A stretch of DNA of 64,000 nt from Eledone cirrhosa (Eukaryota). The DNA is taken from positions 29,264,001 to 29,328,000 of the forward strand of contig OZ024746.1 of assembly GCA_964016885.1 (NCBI GenBank), in the 5' to 3' direction. The translations under genes were made by a program, and so were the position numbers. Positions 27,350-40,600 of this stretch are shown piece by piece. The notes below the pieces were generated by a model. It was given only the letters and a program-made list of their open reading frames with translations, was not told the origin of the DNA and did no database searches. Every line of letters starts with the position of its first letter. Position 1 is the stretch's first letter.

Positions 27350-27780
27350 CTGACCATCTCACTATTATCTTCTTTCTTACCCCGTCTTTCAGATTATACT
27401 TCACACTCCAGTCATATTTTAGACTCCATAGCGCAACCCAGGAAATATATTGTTTCTGGAGACATATCTATTTCTAGAGGCTTTAACCGAAATTTGTTAA
27501 AGGAATTTGTCGAGGGACCTTTTGAATTTTATGTAATCTGTCTCTGCCTTGATGTATTTTGATATATTTTAGAGAACAGAATCAGTCGAGGTGAAATAGT
27601 TGTATCGTAATGCTGTTATGAGATGCGAGCTCAATTTTTGTAGTGGGCGGATAGCACGGTGACCAAGCCTTGAGTGAATTTTAAAGGTCATGCCAACATC
27701 ATATAGGCCATGTTGCTGGATTACTTTCTACATTATACAAATGGTGTAGCTCTCACACCTGCGTTGGAGAGAGAGTAGAG
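27350..27780 (-). mobile_element. Old LINE (CR1/L2-like) 3' remnant
   Basis: Degenerate peptide KIHSRLGHRAIRPLQKLSSHLITALRYNYFTST. Clade assignment is tentative. Confidence 0.35.
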
Positions 27781-28510
27781 TTTGTGTGTTTCTAGTCGAC
27801 CCCAAGAGTTAGGCCTGTCATTCCATTTATCCATTTTATACTTGATCTCTTGTGTGCTTTACTTTTCATAATACTTTGTTTTGTTTCAGGAGACCTCAGT
27901 GGACAACAGTATCTAAGGCAAGGCCATGAAAATGAAGAGAAGAGAATAATGTTAATGTGGATATTTATCGAAATATCTAAGACTCAGGAACACACCCTGC
28001 GAGCCATGCCAGCTTAAGTTTTTATCGACAGTTACTCTGGTGTTGGATGCCACGAAGGGTTAAAAAAAGGGAAGAGAATATCGTAACTTTAGAGCATCAA
28101 TTTTTCCAAAGTGGATTTACTTAAATTTACCCTCGTTTTGTAGCAGATTTTTTTTTGTCGCAGATTCAATTAAAGCCATGTTTAGTATCCGACACAGTTA
28201 ATGACCTTCTATGTCATAGCACTTTTCTAACTGAGGGCTAGAATATACATACAGTATATTATAGCAAAACACGTTTTATGAAGTAACTAAGGAAGTCGTA
28301 CTTATCACTCCTGTCCACCATTTACATCAGTGATATAAGTAACTAACTGCTGTTAACTCCGAATACCTTGGATTGCCGATGATTTCACCACAGTTCCATG
28401 ATCTGCGGTAATCCACGAAACTCAGTGTAACAAGAGAGTTATTTCAATAGTATCTATCTGTCTGCCTGTTCTCTCTCTGCCCCCTCTCTCTCTCGCTCTC
28501 TCTCTCTCTC

Positions 28511-28566
<56 letters not shown>

Positions 28567-28585
28567 GTAATAATAAAATCTGTTA

Positions 28586-28726
<141 letters not shown>

Positions 28727-29344
28727 AATTGGGGACTTCAACGGCTGAACTCCGGCCGTTTTAACAGCTAGTTCGGATCTAGCTGTTGAAACAGCCGGAG
28801 CTCAGCCGTTGGGGTCCCAAATTTTTCATATTACCCACTCTACCACCCCAAGTTTTGAGTACTTTTCTGAGTAGTGGTATATATATATATATATATATAA
28901 TTCAAGGAAACGAAATATATATATATATCTATAGTTTCAAAAAATAATGTTGGGCTGATAAAGGATCAAACAATTTTAAAGGCAGGTTTGAGCCACAATT
29001 AATTAAACCGAAAAGTAAACTAGCACAGGCACAATCTTTATATATTTCCCCGCATTTTCCAACAAAGGAATAGAAAGTAAGAAAGAGGGAGATATTCGAC
29101 CCTAGTACGGGGCTGGTACTTTATTTATCGACGTCGAAATGTTGAAGAGCAAAGTTAACGTCACCGTGATTCGAACTCAGAGTACAGTCAACCGGAACAA
29201 ATACAGAATTATTTTTAATCCGACACCCTAACGAAACTGCTAATTGGACCCCTTGTTAGGTAAAACATTTGTATTAACAGTTCTTCTCTGAAAAGATGGG
29301 CAGTACTTCACCTGTATTAATTAACTGTTATTATATTAATCTCC

Positions 29345-29895
29345 TGTGGATTGGCAGTATCGGTAGAGGGTCGGACGCCATGCTTTCCAGCATAGTTACG
29401 TCCCTTTATGATCTGAGTTCAAATCCCGCCGAGGTTGACTTTGCCTTTCATCCTTACGGGGTCGATAAAAAAAAGTACCAGTAATGCACTGGCTGATTGC
29501 TGGCCTTGTGCCTAAAGTAGAAACAATTATATTAATCTCCTCCCGCCGAGGTTAACTTTGCCTTTCATCCTTACGGGGTCGATAAAATAAAGTACCAGTA
29601 ATGTACTGGATAATTGCTGGCCTTGTGCCAATAGTAGAAACAATTATATTAATTTCAAATCCCGCCGAGGTTAACTTTGCCTTTCATCCTTACGGGGTCG
29701 ATAAAATAAAGTACCAGTAATACACTGGGATAATTGCTGGCCTTGTGCCAATAGTAGAAACAATTATATTAATTTCAAATCCCGCCGAGGTTAACTTTGC
29801 CTTTCATCCTTACGGGGTCGATAAAATAAAGTACCAGTAATACACTGGGATAATTGCTGGCCTTGTGCTAAAAGTAGAAACAATTATATTAATTT
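29345..29895 (+). mobile_element. SINE followed by three more tandem ~120-bp copies of its 3' half
   Basis: cccgccgagg recurs at about 29425, 29542, 29661 and 29781. Confidence 0.9.
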
Positions 29896-30116
29896 CTAAT
29901 GTTTCATTGAAGAAATTGTGTAATTCTGTGACAAGATAGACATATACCCTCTGTTTTACTGTATAAGGGGACTGCCCTAAACTAGAACTTACATGCCTGA
30001 TTGGCTGTTCACAGATCAATTACAGCCGATATAAATCTTCGACGTCATTGATATCGTCTTAAGACTTGTATATGAGTATGAAGAATGGTTCTTGTAAATG
30101 AAGCTTGTATAACGAC

Positions 30117-30560
30117 ACAGTAGTCTTATATATTGTTACAGAGAATGGTATTACAGAAGTCATGTATATTGACACAGGGGATGGTATTACAGTAGTCTTA
30201 TATATTGTTACAGAGAATGGTATTACAGAAGTCATGTATATTGACACAGGGGATGGTATTACAGTAGTCTTATATATTGTTACAGAGAATGGTATTACAG
30301 AAGTCATGTATATTGACACAGGGGATGGTATTACAGTAGTCTTATATATTGTTACAGAGAATGGTATTACAGAAGTCATGTATATTGACACAGGGGATGG
30401 TATTACAGAAGTCTTATATATTTACACAGAGAATGGTATTACAGAAGTCATGTATATTGACACAGAGGATGGTATTACAGTAGCCTTTTATATTGTTACA
30501 GAGAATGGTATTACAGGAGTATTATATAGTATTACAGTGGATGGCATTAGAACAATGTAT
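30117..30560. repeat. 72-bp (2x36) minisatellite, decaying to about 30930
   Basis: Unit cagtagtcttatatattgttacagagaatggtattacagaagtcatgtatattgacacaggggatggtatta. Confidence 0.9.
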
Positions 30561-32180
30561 TTTATCAATACAGCGAATGGTATAACATTGTGGTATAATG
30601 ACATGACAATGGCATAGCAACACACTGGTATATTGGTATAGGCAATGGTATATCAACCGGCTGGTATATTGGTATAGACAATGGTAGAGTAGTATAGCAA
30701 CAGACTGGTATAGAAAAAGGTTTAGAAACAAGCTGTTATATTGGTAGAGATAACGGTATTACAACAGACTGGTATAAAGGTATAACAAATGGTATATATA
30801 ACTACAGACTGGTATATAGGTATTACAATGGTATTCTAAGAGGTTTGTATATTGTTACAAACAATGGTGTTACATAGAATGGTATAGCAATAGACCGGTA
30901 TATTGGTATGACAATGGTGCAACAACAAATTGATATATTATAGACAATAGTACACGTAAGACTATGTCGTATATTGATATTAACCCGTAAGTGGTCGAGT
31001 ATTTGACAGACTCGTTCAACCATAACGTAATTCTTCGCTAGAATCAATGTGACACAATAGCTGACAAGACCGACAATTAATTACCGGTAAAAGCCATCCA
31101 ACAGGCTTCCATACAGTTTCCGTCTATCCGATTAAGCGTTGTTTAGAATAATCTTGCCACATATTTTCCCTATTATTCTGCACGACGGCAAGTGTACCTC
31201 TATATGGTCACCGTGTCTGCGAGAAATAACAGCCAAATGTTCGTCAAATAACACTATCTAATCAATAATTACAACGGTATTTTACATTAGACAATGTAGT
31301 CTAGAATACATTTGACCATAGTTCTTCTTGATTAGGATTGGCCAGATGATAAACAATAACAACAAAAACAATACAACCATAACAACTACAACAATCCCAT
31401 CATTATAACAAAAACAACATCAACAGCAATATGATCTAAGTTTGATCTTATTCAGTAATTCTGCGAAGAAGAACAGAATGGAATATAATTTACTGTCCTC
31501 CGTCGATTTCGACGACGAATGTTCTAGTCATTCGACCAATAGAGCAGCTTGCTCATGGAATTAACATGCAAATAGATCAGCATTTAACAGACACGTGGAC
31601 CCTTAAGGTAGTTCTCAGGTAGATTTATAGCATGACGTTTAAATTACAGGTACAGCCCACCTTGTATTATAGTGCAAGTGACAGTGTATTCCACACACAC
31701 GTGTTCCCTTAAGGTAGTTCTCATAGAGACTCAGCATGATGCCGTATGTGGCAAGGCTGTCCCTTTGAATTACCGGTACAATGGTGGTATTATAGTGTAA
31801 TTAGCTGACTATTCCACAGACACGTGTATCCTTAACATAATTGTCGGAATGATTCAGCATAACACTGTGTGACTAGGTTGTTCCTTTCAATGACAGGTAG
31901 AGACCCATCCGACGGGTTTCAATACAGTTTCTGTTTACTAAATTTTACTGAAGAAGCTTGGGACGACAACAGCCTATGATAAATGACATTTACTGAAAAT
32001 GTCACGGAGTGGGATTGAATCCAGGAACTAATAATCATTAATCGAACTTCCTAACCATTCAGTCAAGCTGTGTTCACAAATAAACAACAAAGTAAATTAT
32101 GTAAACAAATATAACCCTCACCCCAGGTGAGTAGAATAATGAAGTAAATAAATGATTAAATCTTTAAAGTTACTACTCAC

Positions 32181-32691
32181 CTAACTTAATAAGCTTCGCT
32201 CCGGTAGGTTTGTATATCGATTCCTTTGGTGTGTCTGGATTTCTAGAGTCACTGGTTCGTATCACACTGGGGGGCTTAAACGACATTATTGGTGAAGTTA
32301 GACAGGTGGTTGGTGGGGCGGAGAAATAGGTGAAAGTGGTCTTAGGTGTGGTAGCGGTGCTGGTGGTGATGGTGATGGTGGTAGTGGTGGTGGTAGAAGT
32401 GATGGTGCTGGAAGCGGTAACAGCACCACCAACAGAATCAGCAGCAGAAGTAGTAGTAAAAGAAGGAGGAAAGGATGCTGCTGCTGCTGCTACTGATGAT
32501 GATGATGGCGAAGACGATGAGGGTGATGGTAACGATGATAACGATGCCAATGATGGTAATGATGAAGAGGCGTGGGGTGTGGAAGGCATAGGAAGGGTAG
32601 GGCTGGTTGTGTTGGTTACCGTAGGTGTTAACGTGGTTGATTGGAATAGTGGAGTCGAGGAAGGCGTCGTCGTGTGTTTGCAAAGATTCAT
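32181..32691 (-). CDS. Candidate coding exon of a host gene, Ser/Thr/Pro-rich (MNLCKHTTTPSSTPLFQ...ESIYKPTGAKLIKL)
   Basis: accATG at 32691 opens a 170-codon non-microsatellite reading frame ending at a canonical donor TTAG|GTGAGT (32180-32175), phase 1. Product not recognised. Confidence 0.6.
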
Positions 32692-34039
32692 GGTAGTGTG
32701 TGTGTGAGAGGGAGAATGCACACGCTTATGTGTGTGTGTGTGTGTGTGTGTCAAAGGAACAAGGCACCACAAGCAATAATGGTACCTAGAGACAATGGAC
32801 AACAGAGGTGGAATAAAGAGCAACAGAAACTGTGACAGACACAACAACAGTAGTAGTAACAGCAGCAGTAACAACAACAACAACACCATTAGTAACAAAA
32901 ACAATAATAAGCCTAATTATTATTAATAATAATAGCAACACTTCCACCGCCACTCCCTTGAAAGTATCACAAAACTTAATCACCATCATCACCATCGCCA
33001 TCACCATCGAATATATAATAATAATAATTATAATAATAATAATAATTTACATCATCATTCTCGTTAACATTTTGAACCCTGGGAGTTAAACGCTATCACC
33101 ACCAACACCCTACCATTTTCTACAGCAACAACATCAGCAACTATTGCTGTTATATACACCACCACCACCAACAACAACATCAACAGCAACAAGAGACCAA
33201 CTACCACTAAGTCACTGCCAGCCCCAGCACCGATCTCTACACCACCACCGCCACCGCCACCAGCACCACTACCGACCCCTACACCACCAGCCCCAACATA
33301 GTCACCAAAGCAAACCCCATGCACAAAGAACACCACCACCACCACCACCTCCACCATCAGTAGCAGCACGTCTATCACCAATACGAACGTCACACAACCA
33401 ACACCACCACCACACCAACAACAACAACAATTACCACTAATTAGCCAAGTGTAATTATGCTAATAAAGATTGTTCATGTTATTATAACTAACTATAAAAC
33501 AATTTAGAATGAATGCACTCAACCACCGTCGCTTCTATGTAAATATTATCGTTTTACTTAACCACTACACTACCACCACCACCTCCACCACCACCACTAC
33601 TGTTACTAATACCATCATTACCATCATCAGCACTCCCGTACACATTACCACCACTGGACACATCACCACCATCGCTACCAATACTGCCATCACTACCATT
33701 ATCAACACCATTCACCGCCATCACCACTGCTATTTTCAACACAACCACTATCGCCACTACGATTATCAATACCACCACTAACATCACAATCATCATTACC
33801 ATTGTCAACACGACTACCATCATCACTACTATCATAACCATTATGAACAACACCACCAACATCACTGAACTAACACCAACACAGTCTATTTACCACCACC
33901 ACCACTACCACTACCACCGCCACCACCCGCAAATTAGGCCAAAAAGGAAGTTTGCTAGACTGGTTAGAAATAACAGCCAAATTCCACACCACCACTATCA
34001 CCACCACCACAACATCATTAATCAAGTTTTGGGGGTATA

Positions 34040-36095
34040 ATTCATCAAGTGTGATGCCTGTATTGTCCAGGGATGATGGTACTTTGTTCAAGCATACTGA
34101 TAGTATTGTGAAGTGATGGCAGGTACATTTCACTGATTTGTTCCATAACCTATCAGAAATTGATTTAGTGATAATCTCAAAAGTCTCAACCAAACAGACA
34201 TACTTGTAGAAATAATAGATTTGCTTACACTGGCTGAAGTAGAATCAACAATTATGGGAATAAATACTAGGAAGGCTGGGTGAGATTACATTTGAGCTTT
34301 TGAGATATCGAGGAGACGTTTTTATTTACGGGGTCGGTGGATTGGCAGTATCGGTAGAGGGTCGGACGCCATGCTTTGAAGCATAGAGTTCAAATCCCGC
34401 CGAGGTTAACTTTGCCTTTCATCCTTACGGGGTTGATAAAATAAAGTACCAGTAATGCACTGGGTAATTGCTAGCCTTGTGCCAAAAGTAAAAAACAATT
34501 ATTTACGGGATCGATAAAAAAAGTACCAGTAATACATTGGATAATTGCTGGCCTTGTGCCAAAAGTAGAAACAATTATTTCTCAGGTTTTCTTCTTGATA
34601 CTACGAATTTGGGATGGTGTTGATATAGCCCTAGATTGGATAGATGCAATCATGATATCCCTGTTTAAGATCAGCGGATCTTCAACAATGATTATCGATT
34701 ATCATGGACTAATGTGACTGAATCCACTGGTAAAGTTCTTGTCAAGTTATTGGTTAACGGATTGTTGACCTGGATCTATCCCTTGCTTCTACCGAGGAGT
34801 CAGTGCGGGTCCAGATCGGGCCGCAGTACCACGGGCATGATATTCACTGCACGTCAACTGCATGAGAAGTGCTTTGAACATAGCCTTCTACGGTATCAGG
34901 TCTTTGTAGATTTTACCAAGGCTTTTGATACTGTGAATCGAGATGTTCTATGGATAATTCTCGGAATACTTGGTTGTCCCCCCAGAGTTTGTAGATTTGT
35001 TTAAGAGATTTCACAAGGACATGAAAGGAAGAGTTGATCTTTATGGTAAACTCTAAACAGGGGGACATACCACCACCGACACTATTATCCAACTGTTTTG
35101 CAGCCTGTCTGAGCTATGCATTTAAGGATTGCAATGTGGGAGTTTACTTGCGATTTCAGACATCTGGCAAACGTTTTAACTTTAAAAACTTTTCAGGACA
35201 TTATCCTTGAGTCGTTGTATGCAGATGATGTTGATCTTGTTGCACACAATAAAGAATATATGCAGGTCATAATGGGTCGTTTTTCTATGACTTGTCATAT
35301 TTTTGTACTGACCATCAACCTCACAAAAACTAAATTAATGTTCACCCCGCCTCCAGGTGAGACTCATATTGAGCTAAACATAAGTTAATGGTACGTGGCT
35401 GAGTGTAGTAGATAGGTTCACATATATTGGAAGCATTATCAGTAAGGATTGATCACTTGATGTGGAAATCAATCAGAGTATTCAAAATGCCATTTCAGCA
35501 TTCGGAAAACTAATGGAAAGGGAATGGGCAGATCGGGGATTTCATCTAGTAACTAAAATAAGTGTGTACACAACATGCATGCTAACTGTATTACTGTATG
35601 GATCTGAGGTTTAGACAATCTAATGGTTAGGAAGGTTTCATTAAAACTGTCTTAGATTTTAAGAATTAAGTGGGCATCTTTGACACCAGATACAGAAATA
35701 CAGAAGATTGCTGGTGTGAAAGTATTGAAAAGTTGTTTGTTTACAGCCAGATGCGTTGGACTGGTCATGTTTTTAGGATGGACGATACCATGTTGCCCAA
35801 AAGATTGTTATATGGAGAGCTTTTAAATAAAATTAGGCCAAATCATAAACCAAAGTAACGATTCAAAGATGTGGTTATGGATAATTTGAAGATTCTCGAT
35901 ATGGATATTAGAAATTGGGAATCCTTAACAAAGAATATAATAGGTTAGGTTGCATGATTAAAGATGGTTGCGATAAGTTTGAGGCAAAACGCATCAAACA
36001 TGCAGAGCTCAAAAGATCCTTACGAAAGGGAGTAAATAGAGAGATTCCAGAAGATTTCAATCCTAAATTTAGATGTAATATGTGCGAAAGGGTAA
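34040..36095 (+). pseudogene. Decayed RTE-clade LINE RT, interrupted by a SINE at about 34334-34580
   Basis: SQCGSRSGRSTTGMIFTARQLHEKC, FVDFTKAFDTVNR, LYADD, QMRWTGHVFRMDD..LPKRLLYGEL and terminal CNMC. Many stops. Confidence 0.9.
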
Positions 36096-36159
36096 GTTTT
36101 ACTCCTAGTCTTCCGTGCGGTTGTTTTGGTAGGGCTAGCTATATTGTATGATATAAAAT

Positions 36160-37365
36160 TATACTTATTCAGTTTTGCACAGTTGCTAGAGGCTAAATAA
36201 CCTGCTAAATTAGGTGTTGCTGAGAAAGCAAATTTGACAGTATATTTATTTAACAGTTTATAGTACTTATCTGATTTGGAAGATTTTTTATCAATTATAC
36301 CAAAGAAACATTTGGGTATATTTGAATCTGTTTACTATAAGGGGGATTAAAATATATTGTCGGCGTTCTATAGGTTTGTCTTACTAACTAAAGTTGAGGT
36401 GTTATTATCTAATGGTTGAAATTGTATGAAGGAAAGTGAGAGATCAATCCATTATTGTCGTATAACTAGATTGTTGTATAACTAGATTGTCGTATAACTA
36501 GATTGTTGTATAACTAGATTGTTGTATAACTAGATTGTTGTATAACTAGATTGTTGTATAACTAGATTGTCGTATAACTAGATTGTTGTATAACTAGATT
36601 GTTGTATAACTAGATTGTTGTATAACTAGATTGTTGTATAACTAGATTGTTGTATAACTAGATTGTTGTATAACTAGATTGTTGTATAACTAGATTGTCG
36701 TATAACTAGATTGTTGTATAACTAGATTGTCGTATAACTAGATTGTTGTATAACTAGATTGTTGTATAACTAGATTGTTGTATAACTAGATTGTTGTATA
36801 ACTAGATTGTTGTATAACTAGATTGTTGTATAACTAGATTGTTGTATAACTAGATTTAAGGATATGAAAGAGCTAATTAGAGCTCATCACATGAATTTGT
36901 GTCGAAATTGAAAGTTTATGCTGTATCATAACACTCCGTCTATCCTTATTTAAATCCCTATCTTTATAGTTGTTTTGGTTACTGTTAGTTATATTTCTAT
37001 TATTGTTCACATATCTATTGTTGTTACCGTATGTTCGTTCTTTCACACTCACACTATACATATGTGAGTTAGATGCAATACTTATAGTCCTAATAAAGGA
37101 AGTGTTATCTTGGTAAAGATCTTTATCGTTTGTGTCGTTTTGATTGGATTCTATATTTGTAGATCTAGATCATACTTAGATCTGCGTAATATTCTATTAT
37201 GCGTAATTATATTTGAGGTTCTACTTCTACAGTTATTTTTATCTATGTTGTATTGGAATTTCTCATTATATCCTGATCTAGTTAACGTCTCGTTGTAATA
37301 TTGCGCATTTTGGTTAAAGATAACGCCATTGGAAGATAGTCTAGAGATTCGATTGGAGAACATGT
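36160..37365 (-). pseudogene. Penelope-like element RT thumb/linker remnant
   Basis: RISRLSSNGVIFNQNAQYYNETLTRSGY and YFNPPYSK...IIDK...KYYKLLNKYTVKFAFSATPNL resemble the PLE WFNPP...VKxSYSCxPN linker preceding GIY-YIG. Confidence 0.8.
36453..36855. repeat. 16-bp minisatellite, about 25 copies, inside the Penelope remnant
   Basis: Unit tataactagattgt(t/c)g. Confidence 0.95.
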
Positions 37366-37771
37366 TTTACTCTTATTGATCTCCTACGAAGCTCCCATAA
37401 TGCTAACTAAAGACTATTTGCTAATGTCCCTCAAGAATATTCCTATATCAGACAATGATACCTATAAAAAAAACATTTGGTAGAAAGTATAAACTCTTTT
37501 ATCAGAAGAATCGGATGGTGAATCTTTCATTACGACCGAAAATTAAAAAAAATTGATAACCCGCCATCGGAAAAATACGGATTTAAAACTTGCAGAAGAC
37601 CTCTATACAATATTTTACTGGATAGATTTGAAGAAGAGTTGATAAACATGGTTAAGAGACCTTTCCTTTACAGAAACTCTTTCTTTAATGATATAAACAA
37701 TATTATAAGCAGTTTTCCTACTTACACATTTTTTATCTATAAAAAATTGAACAATATATATATAGATATAC

Positions 37772-37871
<100 letters not shown>

Positions 37872-38066
37872 TAGGTATAGGATTATCCAAGATGTAGTAA
37901 TGGTTAATTACTACACTGGATATGGTTGACGTACGGTAAGAGGTTACTCTACGAGTTATGGAAGAATTGTTCAAGAAACTTAGTTCCTGATCCTTCAGTA
38001 TTCCGGAGTGTATATAAAGAATGAATAATAACAGGTAGACATCATAAAAAGGTAATTTATTCCGTG

Positions 38067-38178
38067 TGCTTACAAGTGTTTCCACGGTGGTACTGCAGCC
38101 TAGTTATGCTACGTGCAAATTCGCAAGTACTTGCAGAACTCAAATATCCAATGCTGTGACCACTGTTTCCTCAGAGCA
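38067..38178 (-). ncRNA. Type I hammerhead with 85-nt stem II
   Basis: tgct-CTGAGGA-aacagtggtcacagc...gctgcagtaccaccgtg-GAAA-cacttg-TA-agca. Confidence 0.7.
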
Positions 38179-38456
38179 GAATGGTAAAATGTACAATGTA
38201 AATACCCTTAAGTGGGGTTGTTGGGGAAGATAGAGTAGAAAAGGAAGAGAGTACCACCGTGGAAACACTTGTAAGCACACGGAATAAATTACCTTTTTAT
38301 GATGTCTACCTGTTATTATTCATTCTTTATGATCTGAGTTCAAATCCCGCCGAGGTTGACTTTGCCTTTCATCCTTACGGGGTCGATAAAATAAAGTACC
38401 AGTAATGCACTGGGTAATTGCTGGCCTTGTGCCTAAAGTAGAAACAATTATTCATT

Positions 38457-38518
<62 letters not shown>

Positions 38519-38734
38519 TTATTAAAATAACAGATTAAAGTTTAAGCAAAGAATCGGTGCTTTCACCCTTAATGGGATCTTCTGAAGATCCCGTTAAGGG
38601 TGAAAGCAGCGATTCTTTGCTTAAACTTTAATCTGTTATTTTAATAAATATTTGCTCTACGGTTCTTATATATTTGATATATATTTATCCTTATCGAGCG
38701 CTCTTTGGATTTTAGTCTTCAAATTTATTATTAT

Positions 38735-38947
<213 letters not shown>

Positions 38948-38948
38948 T

Positions 38949-39260
<312 letters not shown>

Positions 39261-39384
39261 ATAATAATAAATTTGAAGACTAAAATCCAAAGAGGGCTCG
39301 ATAAGGATAAATATATATCAAATATATAAGAACCGTAGAGCAAATATTTATTAAAATAAGAGATTAAAGTTTAAGCAAAGATCT

Positions 39385-39563
39385 TAAAAGATATATTGAG
39401 CCTTACACCACTATAACCCACAGATTCATCTTAAAAGACCTTAAGGTGGATTTAATTAGATTTATTAACTCCTCTACTTTTGATTTAGGGAAAATTAAGA
39501 TTTCATAATTTACTTGTTTCATTACCGCTATACATATTTCGGTAATAGCCACAATTCAACAAT

Positions 39564-39622
<59 letters not shown>

Positions 39623-40105
39623 TCGGCAGTGTAATTCCTACTTTCAAGCAAACAAATAAACTTGAGCCTTTGGGGTATTTGGGGTAACACAAATTAGATG
39701 ATAAATTGGCTCACTAATTTAGAAGATAAAAGTTATATTTATACAGTTTGACATAGATAATTATTATTTTTCTTTCTCCTCCGACCTTCTAAATAGGGCT
39801 TTAATTATTGCAAAAATAGGAACAATCAAACTAGAACTGAAATGGACACCATCCTAACCGCAAGGAACACAATAATAGAATTTGACGGTAACATTTGGAC
39901 CAGGAAGAACTGTCTTGTTGACCTTTATATCCTAATGGGATATGTTTCGGTCCAGGCTTTGGATTTGGTATTTTCTTACTAAGAAGTCTACATTAAGGGT
40001 TCCCTTTCTTAAACGGTGGTTTTTATCGTGATGATGCTCTTTTCACAATTAACTGCAATAATAGAAACATAGAAAGAATAAAGAAGTACTTACATAGGTT
40101 TACGA
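39385..40105 (+). pseudogene. Penelope-like element RT core remnant
   Basis: FILKDLK..RFINSSTFDLGKI, FIQFDIDNYY..SDLLNRALNY, ILTARNTIIEFDGNIWTRK and GGFYRDDAL...IERIKKYL are PLE-type RT motifs with YRDD. Frameshifted and interrupted by (TA)n. Confidence 0.8.
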
Positions 40106-40123
40106 TACATATACACAATAAAG

Positions 40124-40600
40124 TGCGAGGGTTGGCTAAAATGTTCATAGGTTGACCAAGATACTCTCTTGGAATGTGACCAAATAAGGGTTGTTTTCCA
40201 ACAGTCCTCCTTACGGTCTACACATTTCTTCCATCGATGGTACAGTGCTTGGATCCCAATGGCGATGAAGCTTTCATCCTGTTGGTATAAAAAATGTCAA
40301 CAGTAGATATGACCTGAACTTCACTGCGATACTGGTTCCCAGTCAAGTGTTTTTCATGCTGGGGAACAAATGATAGTCAGATGAGGACAAATTAAGAGAA
40401 TATGGAGCGTTATCTCCTAATGTAGCAACAATGTCAGTATAAATGTCCTTGGGGGCTAAGCTCTTTTTCTGCAGGTATTTGATAGCACCACAATGCAAAA
40501 TTTTGCCAATTTTCAAGAGAAATCGCTACTAGTTAATTTGGGTGTCTTCTTTGAACAGTCAGATGTAAGTTTACTCGGAAAGAAACAATGCAATTACCAA
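40124..40600 (-). mobile_element. Internally deleted mariner element
   Basis: N-terminal HTH (GAIKYLQKKSLAPKDIYTDIVATLGDNAP) fused directly to PYSLNLSSSDYHLFP (YSPDLAPSD motif). Mariner-like terminus cgagggttggctaaaa at about 40126. Confidence 0.75.

Noticed and set aside
27890-27960. Plus-strand exon after tttgttttgtttcag
   Set aside because: No canonical donor and no recognisable peptide.
30105-30617. 170-aa repeat protein (VLYIVTENGITEVMYIDTGDGIT)n
   Set aside because: Open on both strands because the unit is 72 bp and stop-free. No splice signals; minisatellite.
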